Assembly (NCBI GenBank): GCA_963782525.1
Contig: CAWAKC010000010.1
Location: 96,001-160,000, forward strand
Direction: 5' to 3'
Source of the DNA: Candidatus Bathyarchaeota archaeon
GTDB taxonomy: Archaea; Thermoproteota; Bathyarchaeia; Bathyarchaeales; Bathycorpusculaceae
DNA length: 64,000 nt
Under the pieces are notes generated by a model. It worked only from the letters and a program-made list of their open reading frames with translations, was not told the DNA's origin and did not search any database. The translations under genes were made by a program, and so were the position numbers. Each line of letters starts with the position of its first letter. The first letter of the stretch is position 1. Shown here piece after piece: positions 50,293 to 60,049 of this stretch.

Positions 50293-50736
50293 TTGAAGCG
50301 AAAATCAATAATCCTTGGCTTCACTGCTGTGCTTATCATCGTAATTATCGGCGGATACTTTGGCTGGACCTACTACATGGGTCTAAATCAGAACAATTCA
50401 ACGCCCAACCCTTCAGTGGAGCAAGTGCGAGACATTACGATGGCGTACATCAAAGCACACCATAACGAGACGGCGCAGTACATGCAAAGTTTTTCGTGGA
50501 CTGGCGGTGACATTACGCCTAAGAGCCTTGCAGGGGGAAAATGGTGTTCCTATCAGAGTGAAGGCTGGAACGTGACGATAACATATCCAGTAGGGTTACC
50601 TCCAGGGTACAATCCAATCTACAGTGTGACAGCAAATTATACGTCTCAAGTTACACCAGAAAAAGTCATCATATCTTGGCAAGGCACCCTGCAAAACGGC
50701 GTCCTCACCGAGACTGCTTACAACTTCAACCCATAA
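50293..50736 (+). CDS. N-terminally anchored extracellular hypothetical protein
   Basis: MKRK plus TM helix followed by a ~110-aa soluble domain. Confidence 0.7.
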   Translation: MKRKSIILGFTAVLIIVIIGGYFGWTYYMGLNQNNSTPNPSVEQVRDITMAYIKAHHNETAQYMQSFSWTGGDITPKSLAGGKWCSYQSEGWNVTITYPVGLPPGYNPIYSVTANYTSQVTPEKVIISWQGTLQNGVLTETAYNFNP

Positions 50737-51066
50737 GAAACAAAGCTGCTTCATAGTTCTTTCAGACTCTTTCAACCAAGACTTTGTGAGATAATGAACT
50801 TGGACGCTCGGCACTATAGTCAGCCTGTTCGAAAACGCACATAGATTACTCGACCGAAAGTTATGGAAAAATTAACTACAAGCAAAACCAATATGTGACT
50901 GGGTAACCTCTCAAACAAAACATTTAATTCTTGAATAAACTTCCTTGAATTGTAGGGTTAATTGTTTCTTTAAAAAAGCAGTTTTAAAAGAATAAATCAC
51001 ATTAAATCAAGTGCCTCAATAATAAACAAGCTAAAACACATGTATTAGAAAGAAGTAACTGATATA

Positions 51067-54000
51067 TTGAAAAAAAATGTAAAGTTTTACAAGTGCTTGA
51101 TAGTTATAACAGTGCTTGTTGTTTTGACCTGTTTTTCCTCTCTGCATAACTATATTTCAACTGTTTATGGAAGCACCAATCAGTCAACCCAAAAAATTTT
51201 TTTAGAAGAGCACTTCGGAAACGTTAGCTTAAGTGAGCATCCGATTACTACCTCAGAATTTTCAACCTTAAAAGGTAACGTTGGAGTTTACGAGCAAGGA
51301 AAAAACTATAACCAAATAGTTAATGGACATGGCACCGGATTTCAACCACCCACCGCTGAGGAGTGGAACGCGATCTCAGAAAACATTTACGTAGTTGACA
51401 ACGTAAGCTACTCAAGTTCTCCTTCCGCTGTTGACAATTCAAAATCGCAATATTTTCCACCTATCGGAAATCAAGGTGGCCAAGGATCTTGCGTAGCTTG
51501 GTCTGTAGGTTATTATATTACTACTTTTCAAGCGGCAAAAGAACATGGCTGGAATCTTACAGGTGCAACATGGGGTGGAAGTCAACCAGCAGTAAGTTAC
51601 CAAAACAGGATAATCAGTCCCGCATTTGTTTATAACTTAATTAATAATGGTCAGGACAGCGGCTCAACCTGGTATGATGCGATTCAACTGGTTTGTTTCA
51701 TTGGTGCAAGCTCTTGGATGAACATGCCCTACAATCAAAATGATTACATTTCTTGGCCTACGCAAGCAGCTTGGACTGAAGCTCCATTATATCGAGGTAG
51801 CAGCAATGGCTATCAATTCCTATCTCTTAGTGACGATACAGGCATCAATAACTTGAAAAACTGGTTAGCTTCAGGGAATTTGGCTACAATTGATGTTGAT
51901 GGAAACAAGTTTACTAATCTTTCAAGTAATGATGTTTGGACTTTAGATAATTATAACTCCCTTTCACCAAATCATGCAGGAACCGTTGTAGGCTACGACG
52001 ACAATTTTTCTTATGTTGAGTCAGGTCAAGTAAAATACGGAGCCTTTAAAATTGCTAATTCGTGGGGAGTTGGCAGTTGGGAACATGTCTCTGATGGATT
52101 TTATTGGATTTCTTATGCAGCAATGGAGCAGAGAGTACAATCGTGTTATTATTACTTTGATCAAAATAATTATCAACCTAATTTGTTAGCAACATTTAAT
52201 ATCAATGATAGTGCAAGAAGTAATTGCCTGATTACCATTGGTTTAGGAAACCCAAGTAACCCAATAACAACCAAATCCTTCAGCAATTACGTTTTTGGCG
52301 GAAATAAGCCTTTTTGCACAAACAACATTGTCATGGATGTAAGTGAGTTCAGTAGCTATGTGCCAAGCTTGTATAATCAAACATTTTTCTTAGAAGTATA
52401 TGATACCCAAGGAACCCAAACTAACGGTACCATAGTGTATTTTGCGATTGGAAACAGCACTGCTTTAGGTACCCCATGTCCAACTGTAAAGAATCAGAAC
52501 GTGTTTTTGAATGTAACTTACAATCCTCAATATCAATTAACGTTGTCAACTAACTACGGAACGGTTTCACCTGCGAGCGGCATGTTTAACGGGGGAACCA
52601 TTTTTAACATAGCTGCTACGCCACCGGCTTCTGGTTCTGGTGAGCGATATGTCTTTCTCGGATGGACTGGTACTGGGGTCGGTAGCTACACGGGTTTGGA
52701 TAACCCTGCTTCAATTACAATGAACTCTTACATAACCGAAACAGCCTCATGGACTAAACAGTATTACTTGACTGTGTCTTCAGCCTATGGTACTCCTGGC
52801 GGTTCGGGTTGGTACGATTCTGGCACTTCTGCGTATGCTTCCACCACGTTAACGGTGGCCGGTGCTGGAACTCAGCACATCTTTACATATTGGAGCGGTG
52901 ACGCTTCTGGCACTACTACAGCTTCATATGCCATTACTATGAATGCTCCAAAGATAGCCATCGCCAACTGGCAAACTCAGTACAACTTAACTATTGCTCA
53001 ATCTGGAGTCGGATCAGACTTCTCAGGCTCGATCATAACGGTGAATGGTACAAGTTATAACATAGCTGGCTTTACAACTTGGGCTAACTCAAGCGACGTC
53101 TTCTCATTTAGTTATGCACCTCAATTAGTAATTGCTGCAAACAGTAAACAGTACCTCCTCACGGGGGTGAGCGGTAACATCACTGCTTCATCCTTGACTG
53201 TTTCACAAGCTACAACTATAACGGGAGCTTACAAGACTCAATACTATTTGACTACGACTTCAACCCATGGTTCGCCCTCGCCCTTAAGCGGCTGGCTTGA
53301 TAACGGATCAAGCATAACCGAATTTGTTGGGACGCCAATTTCCAGTGGGTCAGGGAGTCAATATTCATGTTCAGGCTGGTCGGGCAGTGGCAGTGTTCCA
53401 ATCTCCGGCAATGCGTCTACTGTAACGTTCACGGTTAGCGCCCCTTCGACTATTACTTGGAACTGGTCCACTCAGTATTACTTGACGATTAATTCCGCAT
53501 ATGGTGTGCCTTCTGGAGGCGGATGGTATAACGCCGGTTCAACAGCTTACCCAACTCTCTCATCTGGAATCATACCAAATGGAACTGGAAGCCAGTACGT
53601 GTTTGTCTCTTGGAATATAGATGGAACTAACTACACTCAAGGAACCGGCATAATTATGAATTCACCCGAAACAGTTGCCGCTTCCTGGATGACTCAATAT
53701 TACTTGACTGTTAATAATGGTGGATTCGGGGCCACATCTGGTTCAGGTTGGTACAACAGTGACTCTTCTTCCCAAGTTACTGTATTATCTAACATAATGT
53801 CTGGCGGTTCAGGTACTCAATACGTTTTTTCAGGCTGGACGGGTGACGCTTCAGGTTCAGATTCAACATCCAATTCTATAACCATGAACTCTCCTAAGAT
53901 TGCCTCGGCTTCATGGACGACACAGTATCAGCTGACATTTGTTGTCATACCTTTAGTCGGTGGATCAACAACGCCAACAGGTAACAACATGTGGGTAGTT

Positions 54001-54417
54001 TCAGGTCCGCTTTCAATTAGTGTTGCGCCTAATTCGGGTTACACGTTTTCAGGATGGACAGCCGACAGTGGCTTCATAACTTTCGATAACTATAATTCCA
54101 TGTCTTCAACAGCAAATATCAATGGACCAGGCACAATCATGGCAAGCTTGACACAAAATCCTACGTCAACTCTAAGCCCCACGCCCACTCCAACCCCAAC
54201 TCTTACACCTACCCCAACACCCACTCTAACACCAACGCCTACCCCTTCACCTACAGTAACAACGACCCCAACTCTTCCATCTACCACTGCACCCCCTCAA
54301 GCTCCATCTTCAGTTCCCGAGTTTCCAACTTGGATCGCCATAGCATTAGTCATAGGTGTTGCCTTACTGTTCGTAGCTCTTAAGAAAAAAACAAGAACAG
54401 CAAAAGTTGAACAATAA
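51067..54417 (+). CDS. Papain-like (C1) cysteine peptidase surface protein with beta-sandwich repeats and PEF-CTERM
   Basis: NQGGQGSCVAWS, NHAGTVVGYDD, ANSWG catalytic motifs; repeated W.TQYYLT...GSGWY units; TP linker; VPEFPT-TM-KKK. Confidence 0.92.
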   Translation: MKKNVKFYKCLIVITVLVVLTCFSSLHNYISTVYGSTNQSTQKIFLEEHFGNVSLSEHPITTSEFSTLKGNVGVYEQGKNYNQIVNGHGTGFQPPTAEEWNAISENIYVVDNVSYSSSPSAVDNSKSQYFPPIGNQGGQGSCVAWSVGYYITTFQAAKEHGWNLTGATWGGSQPAVSYQNRIISPAFVYNLINNGQDSGSTWYDAIQLVCFIGASSWMNMPYNQNDYISWPTQAAWTEAPLYRGSSNGYQFLSLSDDTGINNLKNWLASGNLATIDVDGNKFTNLSSNDVWTLDNYNSLSPNHAGTVVGYDDNFSYVESGQVKYGAFKIANSWGVGSWEHVSDGFYWISYAAMEQRVQSCYYYFDQNNYQPNLLATFNINDSARSNCLITIGLGNPSNPITTKSFSNYVFGGNKPFCTNNIVMDVSEFSSYVPSLYNQTFFLEVYDTQGTQTNGTIVYFAIGNSTALGTPCPTVKNQNVFLNVTYNPQYQLTLSTNYGTVSPASGMFNGGTIFNIAATPPASGSGERYVFLGWTGTGVGSYTGLDNPASITMNSYITETASWTKQYYLTVSSAYGTPGGSGWYDSGTSAYASTTLTVAGAGTQHIFTYWSGDASGTTTASYAITMNAPKIAIANWQTQYNLTIAQSGVGSDFSGSIITVNGTSYNIAGFTTWANSSDVFSFSYAPQLVIAANSKQYLLTGVSGNITASSLTVSQATTITGAYKTQYYLTTTSTHGSPSPLSGWLDNGSSITEFVGTPISSGSGSQYSCSGWSGSGSVPISGNASTVTFTVSAPSTITWNWSTQYYLTINSAYGVPSGGGWYNAGSTAYPTLSSGIIPNGTGSQYVFVSWNIDGTNYTQGTGIIMNSPETVAASWMTQYYLTVNNGGFGATSGSGWYNSDSSSQVTVLSNIMSGGSGTQYVFSGWTGDASGSDSTSNSITMNSPKIASASWTTQYQLTFVVIPLVGGSTTPTGNNMWVVSGPLSISVAPNSGYTFSGWTADSGFITFDNYNSMSSTANINGPGTIMASLTQNPTSTLSPTPTPTPTLTPTPTPTLTPTPTPSPTVTTTPTLPSTTAPPQAPSSVPEFPTWIAIALVIGVALLFVALKKKTRTAKVEQ

Positions 54418-54482
54418 ACAGCCAAGATTGACAGCGAAAGGGGCACTTAACTGGTGAGTTAACTTAACTCGTCGATTTCTAA

Positions 54483-54794
54483 GAAGACGACTACGTCGCA
54501 AGAAAACTGGGAAACCCAAGAATAGACCAAATAACCCTCCATACCTTCCGCCATTTCGGAGCCACAATGCTCTACCATAAAACCCGAAACATTCTGTACG
54601 TTCAACAACAGCTTGGCCACCGATGCATAGAAAACACAATGATTTACACTCAGCTAATCACCTTTGAAAGCGACGAATACAACACAGCCCTCGCCAAAAC
54701 AATTGACGAAGAAGAAAAACTGGTTAAAGCCGGCTTTGAGTTCGTTAGATTTAGCGACAAAGAAGAAATAGCCATTTACAGAAAAAGAAAATAA
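54483..54794 (+). pseudogene. Tyrosine recombinase/integrase C-terminal remnant
   Basis: VARKLGNPRIDQITLHTFRHFGATMLYHKTRNILYVQQQLGHRCIENTMIY: HxxR, LGH and catalytic Y are present but the N-terminal portion is missing. Confidence 0.9.
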
Positions 54795-54824
54795 AAAAAA
54801 GAGCCGAGGTTTAATCAGAAGTGT

Positions 54825-55223
54825 CTATGGTTTGAAGCAGTACCTTGGCCACTGAGGCCACTTCTGCGGAATATTGCAAGTGCTGAAATCCAAATTCAAT
54901 TCCATACCGATCTTTAGGTGCTCTTGAGTAGTGCCCTGTATCATTCCAGGAATTTTTAAGCCGTTTTCCAACTCCACAATGCCCACGGCGTACGGCGTTA
55001 AAGCTTGGAACTGTTCAGGTGCAATACTGATAACCGTGTAAGTTAGCAGTTTACCTTTTCCAGAAACCTCAACCCATTCAAACTGCTGTGAAAAACAGTT
55101 ATCGCACATCGGGCGAGGTGGTAGATGGATTTTTCCGCATTTAAGGCATTTCCCAGCCATCAGCTTTTGCTGCCCCAAAAACTTGTAGAACTGCTCAATC
55201 GTGAAAGGCGTTTGTGTACTCAT
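54825..55223 (-). CDS. Zn-ribbon/OB-fold DUF35 thiolase partner protein
   Basis: KCLKCGKIHLPPRPMCDNC, GKLLTYTVI, PYAVGIVELENG. Confidence 0.92.
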   Translation of the reverse strand: MSTQTPFTIEQFYKFLGQQKLMAGKCLKCGKIHLPPRPMCDNCFSQQFEWVEVSGKGKLLTYTVISIAPEQFQALTPYAVGIVELENGLKIPGMIQGTTQEHLKIGMELNLDFSTCNIPQKWPQWPRYCFKP

Positions 55224-56404
55224 TATTGTGGACTCCTGTAGATGTGAATTGCCGCCGTGGCTCCAGAGCCGCCGATGTTGTGGGTTAAGCCAACTTTAGC
55301 ATCCTTCACTTGGCGTTTACCCGCTTGTCCTGTTAGTTGAAGATACATTTCGTATGCTTGAGCGGTGCCCGTTGCGCCGACGGGGTGACCCTTGGCTTTC
55401 AAGCCGCCGCTGGTGTTAACTGGAATTTTTCCGCCGAGGCGTGTTGCACCGGTTTCGATGAATTTGCCGCTTTTGCCAGCTTCGCAGAAACCCAAGTCTT
55501 CGTATGCCATGAGTTCGGCAAAGGTGAAGCAATCATGAACTTCAGCGAGGTCTATACCTTCTGGTTTGACTTGCGCCATTTCGTAAGCTGTTTTCGCCGC
55601 CAGTTTTGTGGCCTTTAGTGAGGTGAGGCTTTTGCGTTCGTATAAGCCGATGGTGTCGCTGGCTTGTCCGCTGCCAACGATGTGGACCGGCTGGTCAGTG
55701 TATTTGCCAGCGAGCTCAGGTTTGGTTAAAATGATGCAGCTTGCACCGTCGGTTATCAGGGAGCAATCGTAGAGTTTGAGGGGCCACGCAACATACCTTG
55801 ACGCCATTACGGTCTCCAATGAAACCTCTTTTTGAATGTGAGCTTTAGGGTTCATGCTGCCGTGGTAATGATTTTTGACGGCTGCCAATGCAATCTGCTG
55901 CTCAGTGGTACCATAAGCATGCATGTGAGCCGTCGCCATCAACGCAAACAACCCTGGAAATGTGATGCCGTGCCACTGCTCAAACGGATAATCGGAAGCC
56001 ATAGCCAAATACTCGGTCACCTCAGCGGTAGTGCGATGAGTCATTTTTTCGACGCCGCCAACAACAACCACGTCAGCCAGACCAGAAAGAACAGCGTAAA
56101 TCCCCGAACGCAGTGCCACGCCTGAAGAAGCACATGCTGCCTCAGTTCTTGTCGCTGGGATACCAGTGAGTCCAGCCCAATCTGCAATGGCACTTCCAGT
56201 GTGCCCTTGATGTTCATAGGCTTCACCCATATGCCCGATAAACATGGCTTTTATGTCTTTTTTTGGCTCCAGCTTTGGACAGCGGCTAAACGCTTCATAT
56301 GCGGCTTCACTGAAAATTTCCCTTGCCAAAAAGCCTTCCCGTTTGCCGAATTTTGACATGCCAGCGCTGATTATGCTGACAAGCGGTTTCCCATTCAAAC
56401 CCAC
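55223..56404 (-). CDS. Acetyl-CoA acetyltransferase (archaeal thiolase family)
   Basis: EAACASSG, GGVEKMT, EVHDCF, GGLKAKGHPVGATG, HNIGG. Confidence 0.93.
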   Translation of the reverse strand: MGLNGKPLVSIISAGMSKFGKREGFLAREIFSEAAYEAFSRCPKLEPKKDIKAMFIGHMGEAYEHQGHTGSAIADWAGLTGIPATRTEAACASSGVALRSGIYAVLSGLADVVVVGGVEKMTHRTTAEVTEYLAMASDYPFEQWHGITFPGLFALMATAHMHAYGTTEQQIALAAVKNHYHGSMNPKAHIQKEVSLETVMASRYVAWPLKLYDCSLITDGASCIILTKPELAGKYTDQPVHIVGSGQASDTIGLYERKSLTSLKATKLAAKTAYEMAQVKPEGIDLAEVHDCFTFAELMAYEDLGFCEAGKSGKFIETGATRLGGKIPVNTSGGLKAKGHPVGATGTAQAYEMYLQLTGQAGKRQVKDAKVGLTHNIGGSGATAAIHIYRSPQ

Positions 56405-56427
56405 AGTACCTCTTTAATAGCTATACA

Positions 56428-57111
56428 TTGATGCCAAGCCACAATAAAAACCTACAACCAAAAACAGGCCTCCTTTTCCACAAGGCAATTCAACGCAATA
56501 AGATTATCTTTCAGATTGCCACTCTATCGGTTGTCTATCTAACAAATTTTATAAGCGTCTTTACTCTCTGCCCATGTATGCCTTGCTTTGTTGCTTTCTT
56601 AAGAGGAATTAACGTTGGCGGCCACGTAGTCGGTAAAGAGAAACTCCAAGAAGTATTCGCCTCGCTAGGTTTTCAGAATGTTTCAACTTATAAGCAGAGT
56701 GGAAACGTGATTTTTGAAACGAATTCAACGGACCCCCAAGAAATAAAAACCAAAATTGAAGAAAAACTTCGCAGCTCACTGGGTTTTGAAGTCGCCGTAG
56801 TAATACGCACAATTCCCCAACTCAACTGCATAATTGATCTTGACCCTTTTAAAGGTCAAACCAGTGAAGGCACAAGCTTTCTGGTCACTTTCCTCCCAAC
56901 AGCATTATCAGCTTTTCCCCTCCAGCTTCCACTAACCATTCCCAAATCAACAGCACAAGTAATATCCTCTAAGGGAGCCGAAGTTTTCAGTGTGACACAT
57001 GGAGGCGGAGAAGGCGCGTTGCCTAACCCTTTTTTAGAATCAAAGCTAAAGACGAAAGCAACTACACGAAACATGAATATTATTAGGCAAATCGTAGAAA
57101 AGTATAGTTAA
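56428..57111 (+). CDS. DUF1697-family protein (likely start ATG at 56578)
   Basis: VAFLRGINVGG, TYKQSGNVIF, TTRNMN. Confidence 0.88.
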   Translation: MMPSHNKNLQPKTGLLFHKAIQRNKIIFQIATLSVVYLTNFISVFTLCPCMPCFVAFLRGINVGGHVVGKEKLQEVFASLGFQNVSTYKQSGNVIFETNSTDPQEIKTKIEEKLRSSLGFEVAVVIRTIPQLNCIIDLDPFKGQTSEGTSFLVTFLPTALSAFPLQLPLTIPKSTAQVISSKGAEVFSVTHGGGEGALPNPFLESKLKTKATTRNMNIIRQIVEKYS

Positions 57112-57216
57112 ATTTTGGACTATTAAACAAACAACTGTTTTTTCTCAGATGATTATAGGTAAACAATTAACGCTTGGTATATTGAGGACCAGCAATATGG
57201 ACAAAGAAAGAAGAGT

Positions 57217-57957
57217 TTATTGCGGGGTTCCCCTAGTCCTATTCTTTATCCAGTCATGAGCAAAGATCTCCGCTTCCCCGCTCTCTATCCCTTCGACAAT
57301 TTTTTGCGCTACAAAATCCGCTGAGTCTGGCGGAAATGGACCGCTAGGTTCCAACTCGCTCTCAGAAACTGGGACGTCCCGGATGGTGTTTCGTTCAAAA
57401 TTGGTGAGCGTGATGTAGGGATAGACGACGCTAACAATTATTTTGTCATCTTTTAGTTCCTCTCTAGCGGTTAAAGTTAAGGTTGCTAATGCTCGTTTTA
57501 TGGAAGCGTATGGTGCATTGTTGGGTAGAGTCATTAATGCAACGGCAGAGCTTACGTTGATGATTGTGCCTCCGCCCTGCTTGCGCATTAGAGGGATAAC
57601 CTGTTGCATAGCTGCAAGCGGGCCGATCAAATCCAGGTCAAAAACATAGTGGTAAGTGTCAACGTCGATTTTTTCGGTTAAGGCGTCGTATCCGATGCCC
57701 GCATTGTTGACGAGGATGTCGATTTTGCCAAATCGGTCAGAAACCTCCTTAACCATACGTTTGACTTCAAAAACCTTAGACATGTCGGTTGCGACGGCTA
57801 TCGAGTTGGGCATTTCTTTTGCGAGTTTTTCCAATTTTTCTTTCGAACGTGAAACCAAAGCGACTTTCGCACCCATTTTAGAAAGCAGCTGGGCGGTCGA
57901 GAACCCTATCCCTGAAGATGCACCTGTAACAATTGCTGTTTTGTCTTTTACATTCAT
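57217..57957 (-). CDS. Short-chain dehydrogenase/reductase
   Basis: TGASSGIG, LVNNAG, YASIK. Confidence 0.93.
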   Translation of the reverse strand: MNVKDKTAIVTGASSGIGFSTAQLLSKMGAKVALVSRSKEKLEKLAKEMPNSIAVATDMSKVFEVKRMVKEVSDRFGKIDILVNNAGIGYDALTEKIDVDTYHYVFDLDLIGPLAAMQQVIPLMRKQGGGTIINVSSAVALMTLPNNAPYASIKRALATLTLTAREELKDDKIIVSVVYPYITLTNFERNTIRDVPVSESELEPSGPFPPDSADFVAQKIVEGIESGEAEIFAHDWIKNRTRGTPQ

Positions 57958-58110
57958 AAAAAAACCTTCAATTCCACTAGACAGACAACTATATGAGGTA
58001 TAAAAAATTTCTTCTCAGACTCAGCTATAGCTTCTGCCCCGTTTTTGCATAATTTCAAGTGGCATGTTCTTATAACTCCTTTTCAACAATTATCGCATTG
58101 GGATTAGGGT

Positions 58111-59088
58111 TTGCCAGGATTAAATGAGCCATTAAAAGTCAAGACTTACACGCTTAGAAACCGCATTGTACTTCCGCCCATGCAAACGGGAAGAGCAAGT
58201 TTTGAAGGCGCCGTAACCAATCGCCTCATTAACTTCTACGTTAAACGCTCAACCCACACAGGCTTACCCATCGTTGAACACTCCTATGTTTCGCCTGATG
58301 GCAAGATAGGACCCAAACAACTAGCAATCCACGATAACTCGGCAATAAGCGGTTTTGAAAAACTTGCAAACGCTCTCCACGAAGTCTGCGCCCCAGCGGT
58401 AGTCCAGATTTCCCATGCAGGCGCCGTAACCAACAAAAGAGTGATCGGCACCAAACCAGCAGGACCTTCCCCAAGAGACAAATCCCGCATGCTGGAAACA
58501 AACGAAATCTACGCAATAGCTGAAGATTTTGCTTTAGCCGCTGGACGCGTGGTTAAGGCTGGGTTTGATGGCGTTGAATTGCATGGAGCGCACGGTTACC
58601 TGCTAAACCAGTTCTATTCGCCCCTGTTCAATAGGCGCGAGGATGAGTTCGGCGGTTCCTTGGAAAAGCGGATGCGTTTTCCTCTTTTGGTTGTCGAAAA
58701 AGTTCGGGCGTGCCTTGGTAGTAGGCTTTTACTATACAGGTTAGGCTCGGACGATTTGGCTCCATATGGAACCCACATTGAAGATTCAATTATATTCGCC
58801 AAACAGCTTGAGGCTGCGGGCGTAGACATAATTGATGTGTCAGGAGGCATGTGTGGGAGTGAACCAAGGCAACTGCGGCAGGTAAAAGGCTATTTTGTCC
58901 CCCAGGCAAGCGAAATAAAAAAAGCAGTAAATGTGCCAGTTATCGGGGTTGGTGGAGTTGTTGAGGCTGAGTTTGCGGATAATCTTGTGAAGGAAGGAAA
59001 AGTTGACTTAGTGGCTGTGGGTAGGCAGTTTTGGCGTGATTCGCAATGGGCTGAAAATGCTTTAAACACTGAAAAACCGAAAATTTGA
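58111..59088 (+). CDS. NADH:flavin oxidoreductase (old yellow enzyme family)
   Basis: LRNRIVLPPM, QISHAG, AGFDGVELHGAHGYLLNQF, DEFGGSLEKRMRF. Confidence 0.93.
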   Translation: MPGLNEPLKVKTYTLRNRIVLPPMQTGRASFEGAVTNRLINFYVKRSTHTGLPIVEHSYVSPDGKIGPKQLAIHDNSAISGFEKLANALHEVCAPAVVQISHAGAVTNKRVIGTKPAGPSPRDKSRMLETNEIYAIAEDFALAAGRVVKAGFDGVELHGAHGYLLNQFYSPLFNRREDEFGGSLEKRMRFPLLVVEKVRACLGSRLLLYRLGSDDLAPYGTHIEDSIIFAKQLEAAGVDIIDVSGGMCGSEPRQLRQVKGYFVPQASEIKKAVNVPVIGVGGVVEAEFADNLVKEGKVDLVAVGRQFWRDSQWAENALNTEKPKI

Positions 59089-59225
59089 AAGTAGTTTTTG
59101 AGGGTTATCAAAACCCTTATTCTATAGAACTCTGTATAACTTCGGTACGAGGATGATACGCTTTTAGTCCCAAAAAAAGAGCTCCAAGAAACGCCAAAAA
59201 CCGAGGCAGAGGCATTGCTTACCCC

Positions 59226-59402
59226 ATGGAAGTTGGCGAAGAATTCGAAGTTGACGTTATAGATATGAGTCCAAACGGTGAAGGCATCGCTAAAATCAAA
59301 GGGTTTCCAGTCTTTATAAAAAACGCTAAGGCTAACGAACACGTGAAAATCAAGATAACCAACTTAATCAGTGGTTGTGCAGACGCAGAAGTCGTGCCCT
59401 AA
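59226..59402 (+). CDS. Stand-alone TRAM-domain RNA-binding protein (below the ORF-track cutoff)
   Basis: MEVGEEFEVDVIDMSPNGEGIAKIKGFPVFIKNAKANEHVKIKITNLISGCADAEVVP. Confidence 0.85.
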   Translation: MEVGEEFEVDVIDMSPNGEGIAKIKGFPVFIKNAKANEHVKIKITNLISGCADAEVVP

Positions 59403-59634
59403 ACTTTCAAACTTTGTGGTTCACTAAGAACCAATATTTTCCCTGTTAAACCAATAATATTTTTTTAAAATCCGCTTTTATTCTTTTTCAGTTTTATTTT
59501 TATCCTTGTCTTTTCGGTTAGGAATTTTAGGTAAAGAACCATACAGTGCTGAGGCTCGTGCACGAATAATTTTTCGAGTTTCAACCGTTAGGGGCGATTG
59601 TGCAATCAGTTCATCGAGCTTCTTTTGTTTTTTT

Positions 59635-59841
59635 CTATTCTTCTTCGGGCTCTTGGGTCTCTTTTATTCTATCTAACCATTTGTATGTGGATGGGTTAAA
59701 TTGGAAGAGCCAATGCTTAGGCTGAGGCTTTTCAAATAGTAAAGTTCCACAGTTAACATCAGGGCAGAAACGACTTAACTTAAACTGTTCGGTGATTATC
59801 ATTTTTCCGCATTTTCTACAAACATACTCTACCTTTGCCAA
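59635..59841 (-). pseudogene. Zn-ribbon plus truncated EVE-like domain
   Basis: CRKC...CPDVNC then HWLFQFNP (start of an EVE domain), ending prematurely. Confidence 0.5.
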
Positions 59842-59972
59842 GATAATACCTCATTGCAGGGATATAAAAGCAAGTTAGCGATTTGTAGATTTAACGTTTA
59901 GGTAATAAAACTACTTAGTTCTATTGAACTGGTATTTTTTTGCATTAAGTGCTCAGTCGCAAAATTTAGGTG

Positions 59973-59990
59973 TATGTACTTAAGTACATA
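59973..59990. promoter_or_regulatory. Perfect 18-bp palindrome in a divergent promoter region
   Basis: TATGTACTTAAGTACATA. Confidence 0.45.
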
Positions 59991-60049
59991 ATATTATTCA
60001 CGTGAACCTTTAACCATTTTTTTTTTTTACCAATTATCCAAATCTTTAA

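Larger units (their letters stand above)
46577..54845. mobile_element. Degenerate provirus/integrative element inserted in the 3' end of the DUF35 gene
   Basis: 17-bp perfect direct repeat GGTTTGAAGCAGTACCT at 46581-46597 and 54829-54845. Both copies read RYCFKP-stop on the minus strand, and an integrase remnant is adjacent. Confidence 0.85.

Noticed and set aside
54825-56404. Mevalonate-pathway thiolase/DUF35/HMG-CoA synthase operon
   Set aside because: No HMG-CoA synthase gene is adjacent, so the pathway role cannot be assigned.
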